A stretch of DNA of 64,000 nt, taken from assembly GCA_046563655.1 (NCBI GenBank), contig CM102287.1:6076001-6140000 (forward strand), in the 5' to 3' direction. Shown one piece after another: positions 50,463-61,811 of the stretch. Below the pieces are notes generated by a model, which saw only the letters and a list, made by a program, of their open reading frames with translations, searched no databases and had not been told where the DNA came from. Numbering within the stretch: the stretch's first letter is position 1; each line of letters begins with the position of its first letter. The position numbers and the translations under genes are program-made. The DNA comes from Yuukianura sp. NJ FZ-2021. Lineage: Eukaryota.

Positions 50463-51168
50463 TTTCTCCAGAAAAGCAAACACTGTGTCACTGTGTGACC
50501 AGTGGAGTAACTACGTCTATGTATCAAGTAAATTTTATCAGCGGTTTTTTAAAAGTTTCCGTTGAATTGAAATCAATTAGAACCTTGGTGTTATTGCATT
50601 TGTAGTTGAACCTTGAAGCTTGGAACATTCTACCCAAGCGTATCGAAACCGTGTTTGCATTGCAATTGTTCATTTCGTAAAGGAAAGGAAACAAAATTGT
50701 TTCTAAACCCATTTCTCAAATTAAAGTCATTCTTTACAAACAATTTCCAAAAGGCCTTTCTGTTTGCTTAAAAGTGTTTACCTACATGTGACTACTTGTA
50801 CAATTTGCCAAAGTTGACTTTATTATTGGAATGGAAATTTTTAAATTTTTAAAATGAAATGTGGAAATCATTAATAAATTCTTAAGTCTTAGAACCCTTC
50901 AGCGTTAGTTAATTGCACAGGAAAAATAATTATTCCATTTATTACATTTTTACTTAATTCAGAGTGTTTCATTGAAATACTTCAAAAGTGAGTTTGGAAT
51001 TGTTCCTTTCATTCTACTTAAAAAAAATTAATAATTTTACAACCAAATTTATGGACTACTTCTACAACTATATTTAAAGATTAAACTTACCGAAGTGGAT
51101 AAGTTATAAATTCGGAATTTGTACAGTTAAACTTGGTGAATCTCAGCCTAAAATCGACGTGAAAAGTT

Positions 51169-52615
51169 CTATGCAGGATTAAATTGAATAAGCACAATTG
51201 TGTAAGTGACGACCAGTCCAAGAATCTGGAAATCAACAATATCATTTCAGGACCAAAATTTCTGTATGCTTTCTGAAAATATAATTTTAGAATTTTAAGT
51301 TACTGTTGTTAGCGTTGACTTTTCTAAGGTAAAGTAACCGTATGGTGAAATGTGGAAATTTAAGCTGGACACGTAAAGTTTCAATTCCAAATTTAATAGT
51401 TTCCGTTCAATATTTGATTCTTCATTGGTTGGCATTTCAAGAATGACTTCCTTCAACTTCTTGTACTTTAGAAAGTCAAGAAAAGCATTATGTGAAATAC
51501 AACAAAAATATTATATAAGTCTGTCAATAATTGGTACTGGTGTGGATTAGTTCTATTTAGAAAAGTTTATACAAACTTACAGTGTTTTGAACCATTTCTC
51601 CACAGTTTGAAAGAATGATCATTCGAAGTGACATCATGAAAGCTGTAGCGGGAAATGCTACAAGAAATGTTGATGAGAAATGAGTGAGGCCGTTGACAAT
51701 AGTGCGGAACACGAAGAACGACATAAAACAAAGCAGAGATATGCCAAACGCCATGTACAGCAGAAATAGTCGTTGCAGGGTAGATACAACTTCAGCAAAT
51801 ATTTTTCGGAGTGCCTTTAGTTTTTCGAAAACGGTGGCAGGATCTGTACTTTCTATCATCTGTCCAACTCCCGGATTTTTGCCTACTTGGGTAAACATCT
51901 TACTCTTTTGTGATTGTTGCATACACTCAACTTTAGTTTTACTGTTCAAGTCTTTTACAAGCTGTTCAAGTCGCTGACAAATTGCAACTGTTACCATCAG
52001 TACTGCCAGTAGACTGAAAGTGGTAGCTGTCGTTAGTAAAGTAAGATGCAGCATAAGGGCTCCTTGGAGAATGCTGTCTTTTGGTTGAACTCCAATAACA
52101 TCAGCCAGTTTTTCCATTAGGGTCAAGCCTTTAGTTAAGTTGTATCCCACGATGTATTCTGAACGAGCAAAATCCAAAAAACACCCCGTAGTCCATGTAG
52201 CAAAAATTCCGGCCTGACTCCAGCCTACCAATAGGACGCTCCCGGTTTGTGCTTGAACTGCAAAGACCTTGTCGTAATGCTCCAAACGTTTCCAGGTTTT
52301 GATAATTTTTGGAATTGAAGAAATCCACAGAATGTAATACAGCTCATAAAATATGAATGTTAAAAAGCTCGGCATCACGAACATTTTGATTTGAAATTCA
52401 GCATTTTCATTCAAAATGGTAACTTGAAATATATTTATCGTAGCCCTTAACATTATTATGGCACCGATTACATGAAAGGACGTTACAAGGATCCACCATA
52501 CATAACGCATGTTACGGCAGAACCAAAATTTTTCAAATCTTGTCGATTCAAAAGGTAGTTGGCCCAAGATTTTTACAATTTGCACACAAATTTCGAAAAC
52601 TTGGAAATCTTTCAT
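51169..52615 (-). CDS. Gustatory receptor, array member D
   Basis: Same 3-exon layout; starts MKDFQVFE; last exon ILGLVVTYTIVLIQFNPA*. Confidence 0.9.
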
Positions 52616-53412
52616 TTTTCGACAAAAGCGGTCTGCAAACAGTGAAGCGGCTAAGTATCAAGTAGTAAATTTTACCGTCGGTTTCTTAAAAGTTTCCGCT
52701 AAATGTTGAAATCAATTAAACGCTTTGCTGTTATTGTATTTGTAGTTGAACCTTAAAGGTGGGAACCACCAAGCCAAGCGTATCGAAACCGTATTTGAAT
52801 TTCAATTGTTCCCTACTTTGTAGTGGAAAACAAACAAAAGTTCTTGTAAACAATTTCTCATTTTTTACCAAACAATTTCAGAAATGTTGTTTGTTGGCTT
52901 AAAATGTCGCCGACGTCTGTCGACTTTATATAATTTGTCGATGTTGACCTTATTTGTAGATTGAAATTATTTTTTCTTTGTTTTTCATCTAATGAATGTG
53001 TTTGAGAAGTTGTCGCCTCATAGGATTCATAAAACTTCTGCATAGATCCACCCATTTTGTAAACAGCTTTAATAATTCGTAAAAATAATGTAAACTAATT
53101 AACATTTAATGTCAAAGTCATTAAATTAAGTCTTACAACCTTTCAACATTAGTGGAGTATACAAGACAAAATATTCTATTTATTCCGTTTTTACATAAAT
53201 AATTACGATGCGTCTTTAAAAAGTAAAGAATTTTGTATTTGTCTTTTGCTTGAAAACAAATCACAAATCTATAACTGATTTAATTGATTACTGATTTATA
53301 ACTAAAAGATTTAAAAATTTAATTAAGGAGTGGATAAATTGTGAAATTTCTGATTCATGCACAGCAGTGATGTTCAGTTGTTGAAACTAAGCCTAATGCA
53401 AAGTGAAAAATT

Positions 53413-54858
53413 CTATATAGGATTAAATTGGATCAGAACAATTGTGTAAGTGACGACGACCCCAAGAATCTGCAAAACAACAATATCATTTCAGAACCGT
53501 AATTTTGTGTATTGATTCTGAAAATATGATTTTAATTTGCTGTTTGTTACTGTTGTTAGCGTTGACTTTTCCAAGGTAAAGTAGCCGTATGGTGAAATTT
53601 GGAAATTTAAGTTGGATACGTAGAGTTTCAATTCCAAGTTTAACAGTTTCCGTTCTATATTCGATTTCTCATTTGTTGGCATCTCAAGGACGACTTCCTT
53701 CAATTTTTTGTACTTTACAAAGTCAAGAAGATACATTGCGTCAAACAGAACAAAAACATATTAAATAGGTTGTAAATATTAGTATTGATGAAGTAGTCCT
53801 ACTTGACATAAGTTCATCAGACTTACAGTGTTTTGAACCATTTCTCCACAGTTTGCAAGAACGACCATACGAACGATCATCATTACAGCGCTAGCAGGAA
53901 ATGCTATGAGGAACGTAACAGAGAAATGACTGAGGCCATTGACAAGAGTGCGAAAGACGAAGAACGAAGCAATGCACAGCAGGGATGTCCCACACGTCAT
54001 GTACAGCAGAATCAGTCGTTGATTTGCTGCTACGACTTCAATGAAAATTTTTCTGAGTGCCTTCAGTTTTTCAAAAATGGTGGCAGGATCTGTACGTTCT
54101 TGCAACTGTCCAACTCCCGGCTTTGTGTCAATTGGAATAAACGCTTTACTCTTGTATGATTGTATAAGCTGACCTCTGTTTTTGCTGTCCAAGTGTTTTC
54201 CAACATGTTCAAGTCGTTGACAAATTGAAACCGTGGCCATGAAGACGGAGATTAGACTCAGACTGGTAGCAGTAGACAGTAGGACATTATGTAGCATAAT
54301 CGTTCCTTGAAGAATACTGTTTGTTGCTTGGACTCCAATAATATCATCCAGCTTTTCTTTAAGGGCCCACCCTTTAGTCAAGTTGTGTCTCACGATGTAT
54401 TCTGAGCGAGCAAAATCCAAAACGCAAGCCAAAGTCCATGTTGCAAAAAGTGCTACCTGACTCCATCCTACAAATAAACTCTTGGCCTTTTCCTTTTGAA
54501 CTGCAAATATTTCGTCGTACTGCTCCAGGCTTTTCCAGGTTTTGATAATTTTGGAAATTGATGAAATCCATAGGATGTAGTAGAACTCAAAGAATAAGAA
54601 GCTCAAGGAGCTCGGTATCAAGAACAATTTGATTTGAAGTTCAGCATGCTCATTCAGAATGGTAACTTGAAATAAATTAATCGTAGCCCTCAAAATTATT
54701 ACGGCGCAGATTACATTAAAAGACGTTACTAGAATAACCCAGATGTAACGAATGCTACCGCGGAATCGGGATTTTGGAAACGTTGTGGATTCAAAAGGTA
54801 GTTGGCCCAAGAGTTTTACAATTTGAACAAAAATTTCAATCACTTGGAAATCCTTCAT
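53413..54858 (-). CDS. Gustatory receptor, array member E
   Basis: Starts MKDFQVIE by homology with paralogues; 3 exons; last exon ILGVVVTYTIVLIQFNPI*. Confidence 0.9.
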
Positions 54859-55199
54859 TGTCTCGAGAAAAGCAAACGCTATGTGAACTGTAGAGCGACT
54901 ACGTAACAAATGAAAATTTTCAACTTTTTTTTCATTTCTTATTCGTTTCGTTTCCGTTAAACTGAAGCTAATTATAATTAACAACTTGTAACTGTTATTG
55001 TAAATTGTACTGGAATAAAAGGCTGGAACCGTGTAGCAAAGCGTATCGAACTGTTCATTCGGAATTTGCATTTCCATTGTTCGCTGTCATGCCGGAACGA
55101 AAACAAACTTCGGTTGGAATTTATGCTTTTCTCAAATTAAGAAATTTTTCACAAACAATTTCAGAAAGTTTTTTTTGTCGGTTCGCTAACAAGTATGGC

Positions 55200-55569
55200 C
55201 GACAGTTGATAGATCCGACGACGAAATACTTCCTGCTTTGCTACCCAAATACTGTTCAGGCTGTTCCAATTACTACAATTGCAGTAATCGACAATGCAAA
55301 AATCCAGTAATGCAATAGCATATAATGAATCCTTCCAGGATGACATTTTGTTGCAGGATATCCAACAAGAGTTGCGAATTTTACTGTTATGAGCTGAAGA
55401 GAACATTATGACAGAGTACATTAAAGAACGTTACCAGGATAAGCAGTACGTAGCGTATACTGCGACAACAATCAAAACAAAATTTTTCATATGTAGTCGA
55501 TTCAAATGGGAATTGACTATGGATTTCTTGGTCCCATGTAAAAAATTCCAACAATTGGAAATCTTTCAT
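55200..55569 (-). pseudogene. Degenerate gustatory receptor remnant
   Basis: MKDFQLLEFF...QFPFESTTYEKFCF...SIRYVLLILVTFFNV matches paralogue N-termini, then frameshifts and stops; no 3' exons found. The 3' boundary is approximate. Confidence 0.75.
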
Positions 55570-56042
55570 TTTGTGAAAAAAAAAAAAACTACGCTGTGTA
55601 CCGTGGATCAGCTACATCGAACCAAGCGATAGTTTATTAAATTTCCTTAATTGTGTTTGTTAAAAGAAAATCATAGAAACGTGTATAGCTATTGAACTTT
55701 TTAATGACTGAATAAATAAAGGAGAGAGGGAATCACGCGCAATTAACACACGTTCACCACTGTACAACACAAAGCAACTATCAAACAGCCTTGGCCGACC
55801 GACTGAGCGCCATTTACCAGTGACATATCAACGATTCCTGCAACAGAAGAAAAACACACTGGCGATATATGGTATAGCGATTGCATGACTATACCTATAG
55901 CGCTCCGAAGCACGAAACTGCCACTGAAAGTTGAGTAACCCCCAACTAAGCGTACCTCACTATAATCGTAATTTAGACACACAAAAGGCCCAGGAGTACT
56001 TTTATCTTTAATTTTCAGCAACAGCTTCAAGTAACCGCACCA

Positions 56043-56906
56043 ATGGAAAGAACTCCACCGAAATCAATACAGACGACACTTGATCAACACCTTTTTTCGC
56101 ACCACGGACAAACAGAAGGTACCCCATCAAACCGGAAGCGTCACCTTACACAAGAAACCGAAGTTGAGGAAGTCCGACAGAACAAAGTTCTGAGAAGCGA
56201 CCCAGTAGCCAACGCACTCACGATCGAAGCAATGGCCTCCTTGCTCCGGCCGCTGCAGAACACGATCCAATCAAACCAAGAACATCTGACAAACCAGCTC
56301 TCATCCCTGTCGTCAAACTTAGATGCCCTCAGATCCGATATCACACTAATCAATTCCCGTATCTCAAAAATAGAAGAGCACCAGGCAAATGCAGACAGCA
56401 AAATCAACGTGCTTGATTCGGAAGTTGGGGGACTCCAAGAAGCAATACACCAAATATCAAAGACCCAAGCCCTCCTCGACGACGAAACCCGGAAGCTTAA
56501 CATTTTGCTAATGTCTGTCCCAGAGAGTGAATCGTCCCTTGAAGAACTACGAAACGTCGCAAAACAACATATCCTCAGAACAACAGGTCTAAACATTCAA
56601 GTCGATCATGCTACCAGAATAGGACAACCTAACCAAGAACGTACCAGACCAATCAAAGCACGTCTGCACACACTGGCGGAACGCAACATGGTAATAGAAA
56701 AAGCAAGAGCTTCAGCTCAGAGTGGAAGCAGACCAACAATTAAGGCGGATCTTTGCCCTCAAACACGTAGACACAGACAACAACAATGGGCCTCACGCAG
56801 CAACTACGGAGTCCAAGGAACACAACAACCAATTGTCGCCCCTCAAGGCCAGGGAAGAGGCAGGCCGCTGTCAAATGGACCGTTTGTCCCAAACCTTGGA
56901 ATTTGA
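56043..56906 (+). CDS. LINE ORF1 protein (coiled coil plus RRM-like domain)
   Basis: Heptad-rich region followed by RKLNILLMSVPE...ATRIG...RPIKARL...IKADL, typical of L1-type transposase-22-like ORF1 proteins. Confidence 0.85.
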   Translation: MERTPPKSIQTTLDQHLFSHHGQTEGTPSNRKRHLTQETEVEEVRQNKVLRSDPVANALTIEAMASLLRPLQNTIQSNQEHLTNQLSSLSSNLDALRSDITLINSRISKIEEHQANADSKINVLDSEVGGLQEAIHQISKTQALLDDETRKLNILLMSVPESESSLEELRNVAKQHILRTTGLNIQVDHATRIGQPNQERTRPIKARLHTLAERNMVIEKARASAQSGSRPTIKADLCPQTRRHRQQQWASRSNYGVQGTQQPIVAPQGQGRGRPLSNGPFVPNLGI

Positions 56907-59900
56907 CTAACCGCCAAAAAGCAAACCAGCGCTAAACTTCTGTACTACAACATTACCGGAATCAAATCAAAAAATCAATCCTTCTTCGACGACATTGCTC
57001 AACTCCACCCAACAATATTCTGCTTAAGTGAGACCATGTACAGGTACGAGAAATTTACAAACTCCACACTAAATGAATATTTAATCGACGTTATCCCAGC
57101 CGAAACAAGACCAAGAGGTAGACCGTCAGGCGGCTTTATTTTCGGATGGACAAAATGCCACCCAATTCTTTCTATCAAAACAATCAAGAAAACACCCCAC
57201 TCTATTTTCATCGATTTAACACGCACCTCTCAAAAAACCCTAGTTGTTTTCTTTTATTTACCGCCAGACCATCTCTACTCCAATCGACTGCAGGCACTGA
57301 TGGAAGATATTTCCGAGTTCCGTCAAACCTACGCCCACATCATCCTAATGGGAGACACAAACGCCCATACCGGACAATCAAACACCGAGTGTGGCAGTAC
57401 CAGAAACGCAAAGGACGCACGGACAGACCATAAAGGCAAACTACTACTTAGTGCCTTAGCCGATACAGATTTTCAAATTGCAAACGGATCAATTAATGGA
57501 GACCAAGAAGGTGAATATACATTTCTCTCCAGTGCAAACAAAGGCATGAGCACAATTGATCTAATGATGTTCTCCCTGCAGGCCAGGCAACAAATAGGAA
57601 CATTCCAAGTACTAGATCTACCCCACAGCTCTCACTTCCCCATTATGACTACACTCAACTATCAAGTAGACTCCGGGACAAAAATAATGAGGCCAAGAAT
57701 ACTACTTCCGAAAGACCTAGAAACAACAAAACAACTCAAAATTTCTATCGAGAAGAGTCTGGTCGGCACCAACACACCAGACAACACAATACCCGAAATT
57801 ACCAAGGCGTTAGCAAATTTAAAATTGATACAACCTGCTAAAGAAAATACAGCTCCATTGAAACCAAAATGGTACGACGCCGAATGTACAAGCCTCAAGT
57901 ACACACAAAACAAACTACTCCGACAGTTTCGTAGAATACGAGGCCACGAAAACGAAAAATCCCGGCTGCTGTTGCAAGAGTACTTTACAGCAAAAGAAAT
58001 CTACAAAGCAACGTGCAGAACAAAAGCCGAGGCACACAGAATTCAACTCGAAAAGAAATTCTACGCTGTCAACAAACCGGACCAATTTTGGGCCTACATC
58101 CAGACATGCAAAGGCAGGAGGCCCAACGTGAAGAACACCATAAACAAGCAATGCTGGCAAAAACATTTTGAGGAAGTTTATAACCCACCTCAACAACCAG
58201 CCACTACCGCGCCTACGTTCAGCAATACAACCGACGACGAAATCCTAGACGCTCCATTTAATGTATTCGAACTGAAACTCGCAATAAAAAAACTGAAATG
58301 CAAAAAAGCCCCAGGGAGTGACCTCATAACGAACGATGTCTGGAAACTGATCTCGGGAACCAGCCTAACACGAATTTGCGAAACATTCCAGTCAGTATAC
58401 GATACGGGGGTAGTCCCAAGAAGCTGGTGTAACGCCACAGTTATACCAATCCATAAAAAAGGGGATCCAAATAACCCTTCCAACTATCGTCCTATATCGC
58501 TACTAAACACCATCCTCAAGCTGCTGACATCAATTATAACCGAGAGACTAAACAAATGGGCAAAGCACAACAACAAAATATCTCGATTCCAAGCCGGTTT
58601 CAAGAAAGGAATGTCCACACTTGATCACGTCTTTACGCTCTCCAGCATAGTACAGCACTACCTACAAAAAGGCAAAAAAATTTTCGCTTGCTTTGTCGAC
58701 TTAAAACAAGCATTTGACACCCCCAATCACAACCTACTATGGTCTACAATACTAAGAGAAGGCGTATCCAACAAAATGACACGAGTCCTAAAAAACATAT
58801 ACGATCAAGCCTCTGCTTCAATCAGCACCACTGAGGGCCTTACAGAAGAGATCAGAATTTCAAAAGGATTGCTACAAGGAGAATCAGCTAGCCCGACGTT
58901 ATTCAACTTGTTTATGGAAGGCCTCTCAAAAAAATTCAGCCAGATCAAAATCCTAGGCCCTTCCATAATGGGCACTCCAATCCACCACCTTATGTACGCG
59001 GACGATCTAGTCATCCTAGCGACGTCAGCTGAGACACTTCAAGACAAAATAAACCTCACGATGAAATTCTTCCGCTCAATGCATCTCGAAGTCAACCTCA
59101 GCAAAACCAAAGTCTTAGTTTTCCAAACTGGCGGACGAATCCCGAAAAAGGTATCATTCAACTGGGGTAATGAAACCCTCAGCATCTGCAAAGAATATAC
59201 ATACCTTGGCGTCAAATTCTCAAGTAACGGAAAATTTTCATCTCAAGCGAATGAAGCAGTCATCAAAGGTCTCAGCGCCGGAGCAGCCCTTAGTTCCGTT
59301 TTAAAGCGTCCGAAGACTTTCTGCAACAAAGCCACAAAGCGGCTAATGACGTCAATTGTACATTCGACTACATTATACGGTGCAGGAATTTGGGGATTCG
59401 CCCATGCAGATCAACTAGAAATAGTACAACAAAGGTACCTCAAGCGAGCTCTCGGCCTACCACGGGGAACCGCTAGATACTTCATTCGAATTGAAACTGG
59501 TACACCTCACATCCGGCTACAAATCGCAAAACTGGCGTACCTATTCTGGAAAAGAATTTTAGCGGCAAAGGAAGGAAGTTTACTACAGAGTGCTTACAAA
59601 CTACTGAGAGAATCACTCTCGAACTGTCCCGATCAAAAATCCAATTGGTGCGTATACCTGCGAGACGAACTCAACTCAGTTAACCTTGGTTGGGTCTGGC
59701 AGAAAAATAACCTAAATGTGTGCTCCAGTTATCTAAAACGATTCTTGTCAAAACTGCAGAAAAAACTCCTCGAAGACGACATTAAAAGAGCCAACTCATC
59801 CGCGACGAACATGAACTACAAAACCCTGATAAGCAACTCTCCAGCCTTCTATCTGAGAACCCCGACTCCGCGGTACATTGTCAGCACCATCGCCAAAATG

Positions 59901-60173
59901 AGACTCGACAACAACATCCTCCTACTCGGTACCCGTTGGATTAACCTCGGAGCATACAAGGAATACCAGTGCAAGTATTGCGGTAGCCAGCTATCCCTGA
60001 GACACGTCATACACGAATGCCCCGGATTTACACGAGAAAGAAACGCAGTGGTACGCTCTACCTGCTCGACTAATCTTGATAACTTAGTATACGAATTATG
60101 CACGAAAATCTTAGCCCCGGACACATACACAAAATTTTACGTCTTTCTTTTAAATATACTTTCGCAATTTTGA
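56907..60173 (+). CDS. LINE ORF2: AP endonuclease, reverse transcriptase and C-terminal CCHC finger; reading frame opens directly after the ORF1 stop
   Basis: EN motifs LLYYNITG, CLSET, MGDTNAH, TIDL, SSHFP; RT motifs KKGD..PSNYRPISL, QG..SPTLF, YADD, YLG; C-terminal CKYC...HVIHEC. First ATG is at 57036. Confidence 0.93.
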   Translation, partial: LTAKKQTSAKLLYYNITGIKSKNQSFFDDIAQLHPTIFCLSETMYRYEKFTNSTLNEYLIDVIPAETRPRGRPSGGFIFGWTKCHPILSIKTIKKTPHSIFIDLTRTSQKTLVVFFYLPPDHLYSNRLQALMEDISEFRQTYAHIILMGDTNAHTGQSNTECGSTRNAKDARTDHKGKLLLSALADTDFQIANGSINGDQEGEYTFLSSANKGMSTIDLMMFSLQARQQIGTFQVLDLPHSSHFPIMTTLNYQVDSGTKIMRPRILLPKDLETTKQLKISIEKSLVGTNTPDNTIPEITKALANLKLIQPAKENTAPLKPKWYDAECTSLKYTQNKLLRQFRRIRGHENEKSRLLLQEYFTAKEIYKATCRTKAEAHRIQLEKKFYAVNKPDQFWAYIQTCKGRRPNVKNTINKQCWQKHFEEVYNPPQQPATTAPTFSNTTDDEILDAPFNVFELKLAIKKLKCKKAPGSDLITNDVWKLISGTSLTRICETFQSVYDTGVVPRSWCNATVIPIHKKGDPNNPSNYRPISLLNTILKLLTSIITERLNKWAKHNNKISRFQAGFKKGMSTLDHVFTLSSIVQHYLQKGKKIFACFVDLKQAFDTPNHNLLWSTILREGVSNKMTRVLKNIYDQASASISTTEGLTEEIRISKGLLQGESASPTLFNLFMEGLSKKFSQIKILGPSIMGTPIHHLMYADDLVILATSAETLQDKINLTMKFFRSMHLEVNLSKTKVLVFQTGGRIPKKVSFNWGNETLSICKEYTYLGVKFSSNGKFSSQANEAVIKGLSAGAALSSVLKRPKTFCNKATKRLMTSIVHSTTLYGAGIWGFAHADQLEIVQQRYLKRALGLPRGTARYFIRIETGTPHIRLQIAKLAYLFWKRILAAKEGSLLQSAYKLLRESLSNCPDQKSNWCVYLRDELNSVNLGWVWQKNNLNVCSSYLKRFLSKLQKKLLEDDIKRANSSATNMNYKTLISNSPAFYLRTPTPRYIVSTIAKMRLDNNILLLGTRWINLGAYKEYQCKYCGSQLSLRHVIHECPGFTRERNAVVRSTCSTNLDNLVYELCTKILAPDTYTKFYVFLLNILSQF

Positions 60174-60590
60174 TCGCTTATGAAACACAGCAAAAGCTCT
60201 CTATTGATACACATTGTAATATATACTAGTAAAACAAATGATAATCCAGCATGCTTCGCCTAAGTTATAAGAAAACAATGTTGACTAGGGCCAAAGCCAA
60301 TTGTCAAATAAACACACTAATAATAATAATAATAAAATTGAACTTTTTAATAGAATATTTGAGAACCAATTTTCAAAGCTTATCAAAACAATATTTGGTT
60401 TTCAATTGAGAAAGGGGACCAAAAACCCTGGCCTTGTATTTTTAAATTTCCGAAATTAAATTTCTTTTCAAAATAACGAGAAGGGAAAACATTTAAATAC
60501 GGTTATCTGTTTGACCCGAAGCATCGCTGAAATCCACTGTGATTTTCCTATCCCTGAATTTAGTTTTTGGAAAGAAAATAATCTAAGCCG

Positions 60591-61154
60591 TTAGTCGCAT
60601 AGCTTAAGCGATGATATATTATCGTTGAGATTTATTTTGACGAGGGCATCTGTTCCGAAGTCGTGTTCCTTGAGTTTTCGCGGGCGTTCGGACGCTGGAC
60701 ACTTTTGACCTCTGAATACTTGGACACAAGTGCCTCGCGATGGGTAGATGGAGGAGATGTGGCCAAGAAAGCTTGGGTCAATGTCAACACATACGTACTT
60801 TGGCAGGCTGTAGGCTTCACTGGTACCTTTAGCAAATTGAGACAAATATTTAGTTCGATTAGATGCTATAATTCGGAATTGAAACGAAATCGGTTTTGTA
60901 AACCTGTGTAATGCTCCTCTGTGTATACAACAACTTCACCCACCGGTGGGAGGGTTCGTTTCCATCTACTAGCTGAAATAAATAAAAACAAGAGACATTT
61001 TTCTTTAAATAATTTGTGAATATAATTGAACTAGGCGTAATGTTGGTAACCATGCGTTTTATGTATCCTCACCTCCGCCTCTTTGGCCATACACATTAGT
61101 GTAGGGAAGCAATAAGCACCAAGTAACGACAAGAATACGGTTCAAGTTCAACAT
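60591..61154 (-). CDS. Secreted beta/gamma-crystallin-like prepro-protein (128 aa)
   Basis: Exons 61154-61073, 60972-60904 and 60826-60591 join in phase 1 with GT-AG introns. Signal peptide, RWKR site, then VVVYTEEHYTG...C...ISSI...CVQVF....C...NDNISSLKLC. Confidence 0.75.
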
Positions 61155-61811
61155 GCTAGAAGAGTTTGGAAATGCTAGTGAAGAAATAATTGATCTTAAA
61201 TCTTAAAGCCACAATTGGGTTTATATACCCAATTGACAATTTAAAATCGTAATTCCATTGAATTGCTTTTCATTTCGACCGCTTTAATTACCAAAAAGCA
61301 AAGCAGTAATCAAGAAGTCTACCAACTACTTGTATAGGAATTGAACCACACAGACGAAGAGAGCGTTATTTAGAGGGAATATATGTTTTGTTGGTCGACT
61401 AACCTAAAGCTTCTAAAACAGTTCATAAGTTCATTTTAATACAGTTAGTTTACCATTGTACCAAATCATTTCTTCCCGTCATAAAGTAAAGAACTAACTT
61501 TCTCTATTTAATACCAAAGAAAATTTTTGAAATGTCTTCTTTTTGTATTGATACCTAGAATTGTTTTCGGATTTTTGATTTTGATTTATTAGCTGAGTTT
61601 TACAATAATGCTTTTACTTTTAGCTAATGTGAGTTTATTTTTACCTCGAAGGGGAAAGGAGACGGGGTTTACTACCGTCTTGTGTTTCAAACTTTACCGG
61701 CAAGAGTTTTGTCAGCTACGGCGTGCTCTAAAGCTTTTCCGTTTTTATTTAACAGCGTCAATACCGTAAGGTTACTCCAGTCGCATCGTCGCAAACGACA
61801 AACAGACAGTT

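Larger units (their letters stand above)
55706..60336 (+). mobile_element. Full-length non-LTR retrotransposon (APE-RT LINE, RTE-X-like)
   Basis: 15-bp TSD ATTGAACTTTTTAAT at 55691-55705 and 60337-60351; 337-bp 5' UTR, ORF1, ORF2, AATAAA at 60307 and (TAA)n tail at 60318-60336. Confidence 0.95.

Noticed and set aside
54859..55077. N-terminal extension of GR member E in the 432-aa ORF
   Set aside because: Paralogues start at MKDFQ, and the extension covers sequence homologous to their promoters.
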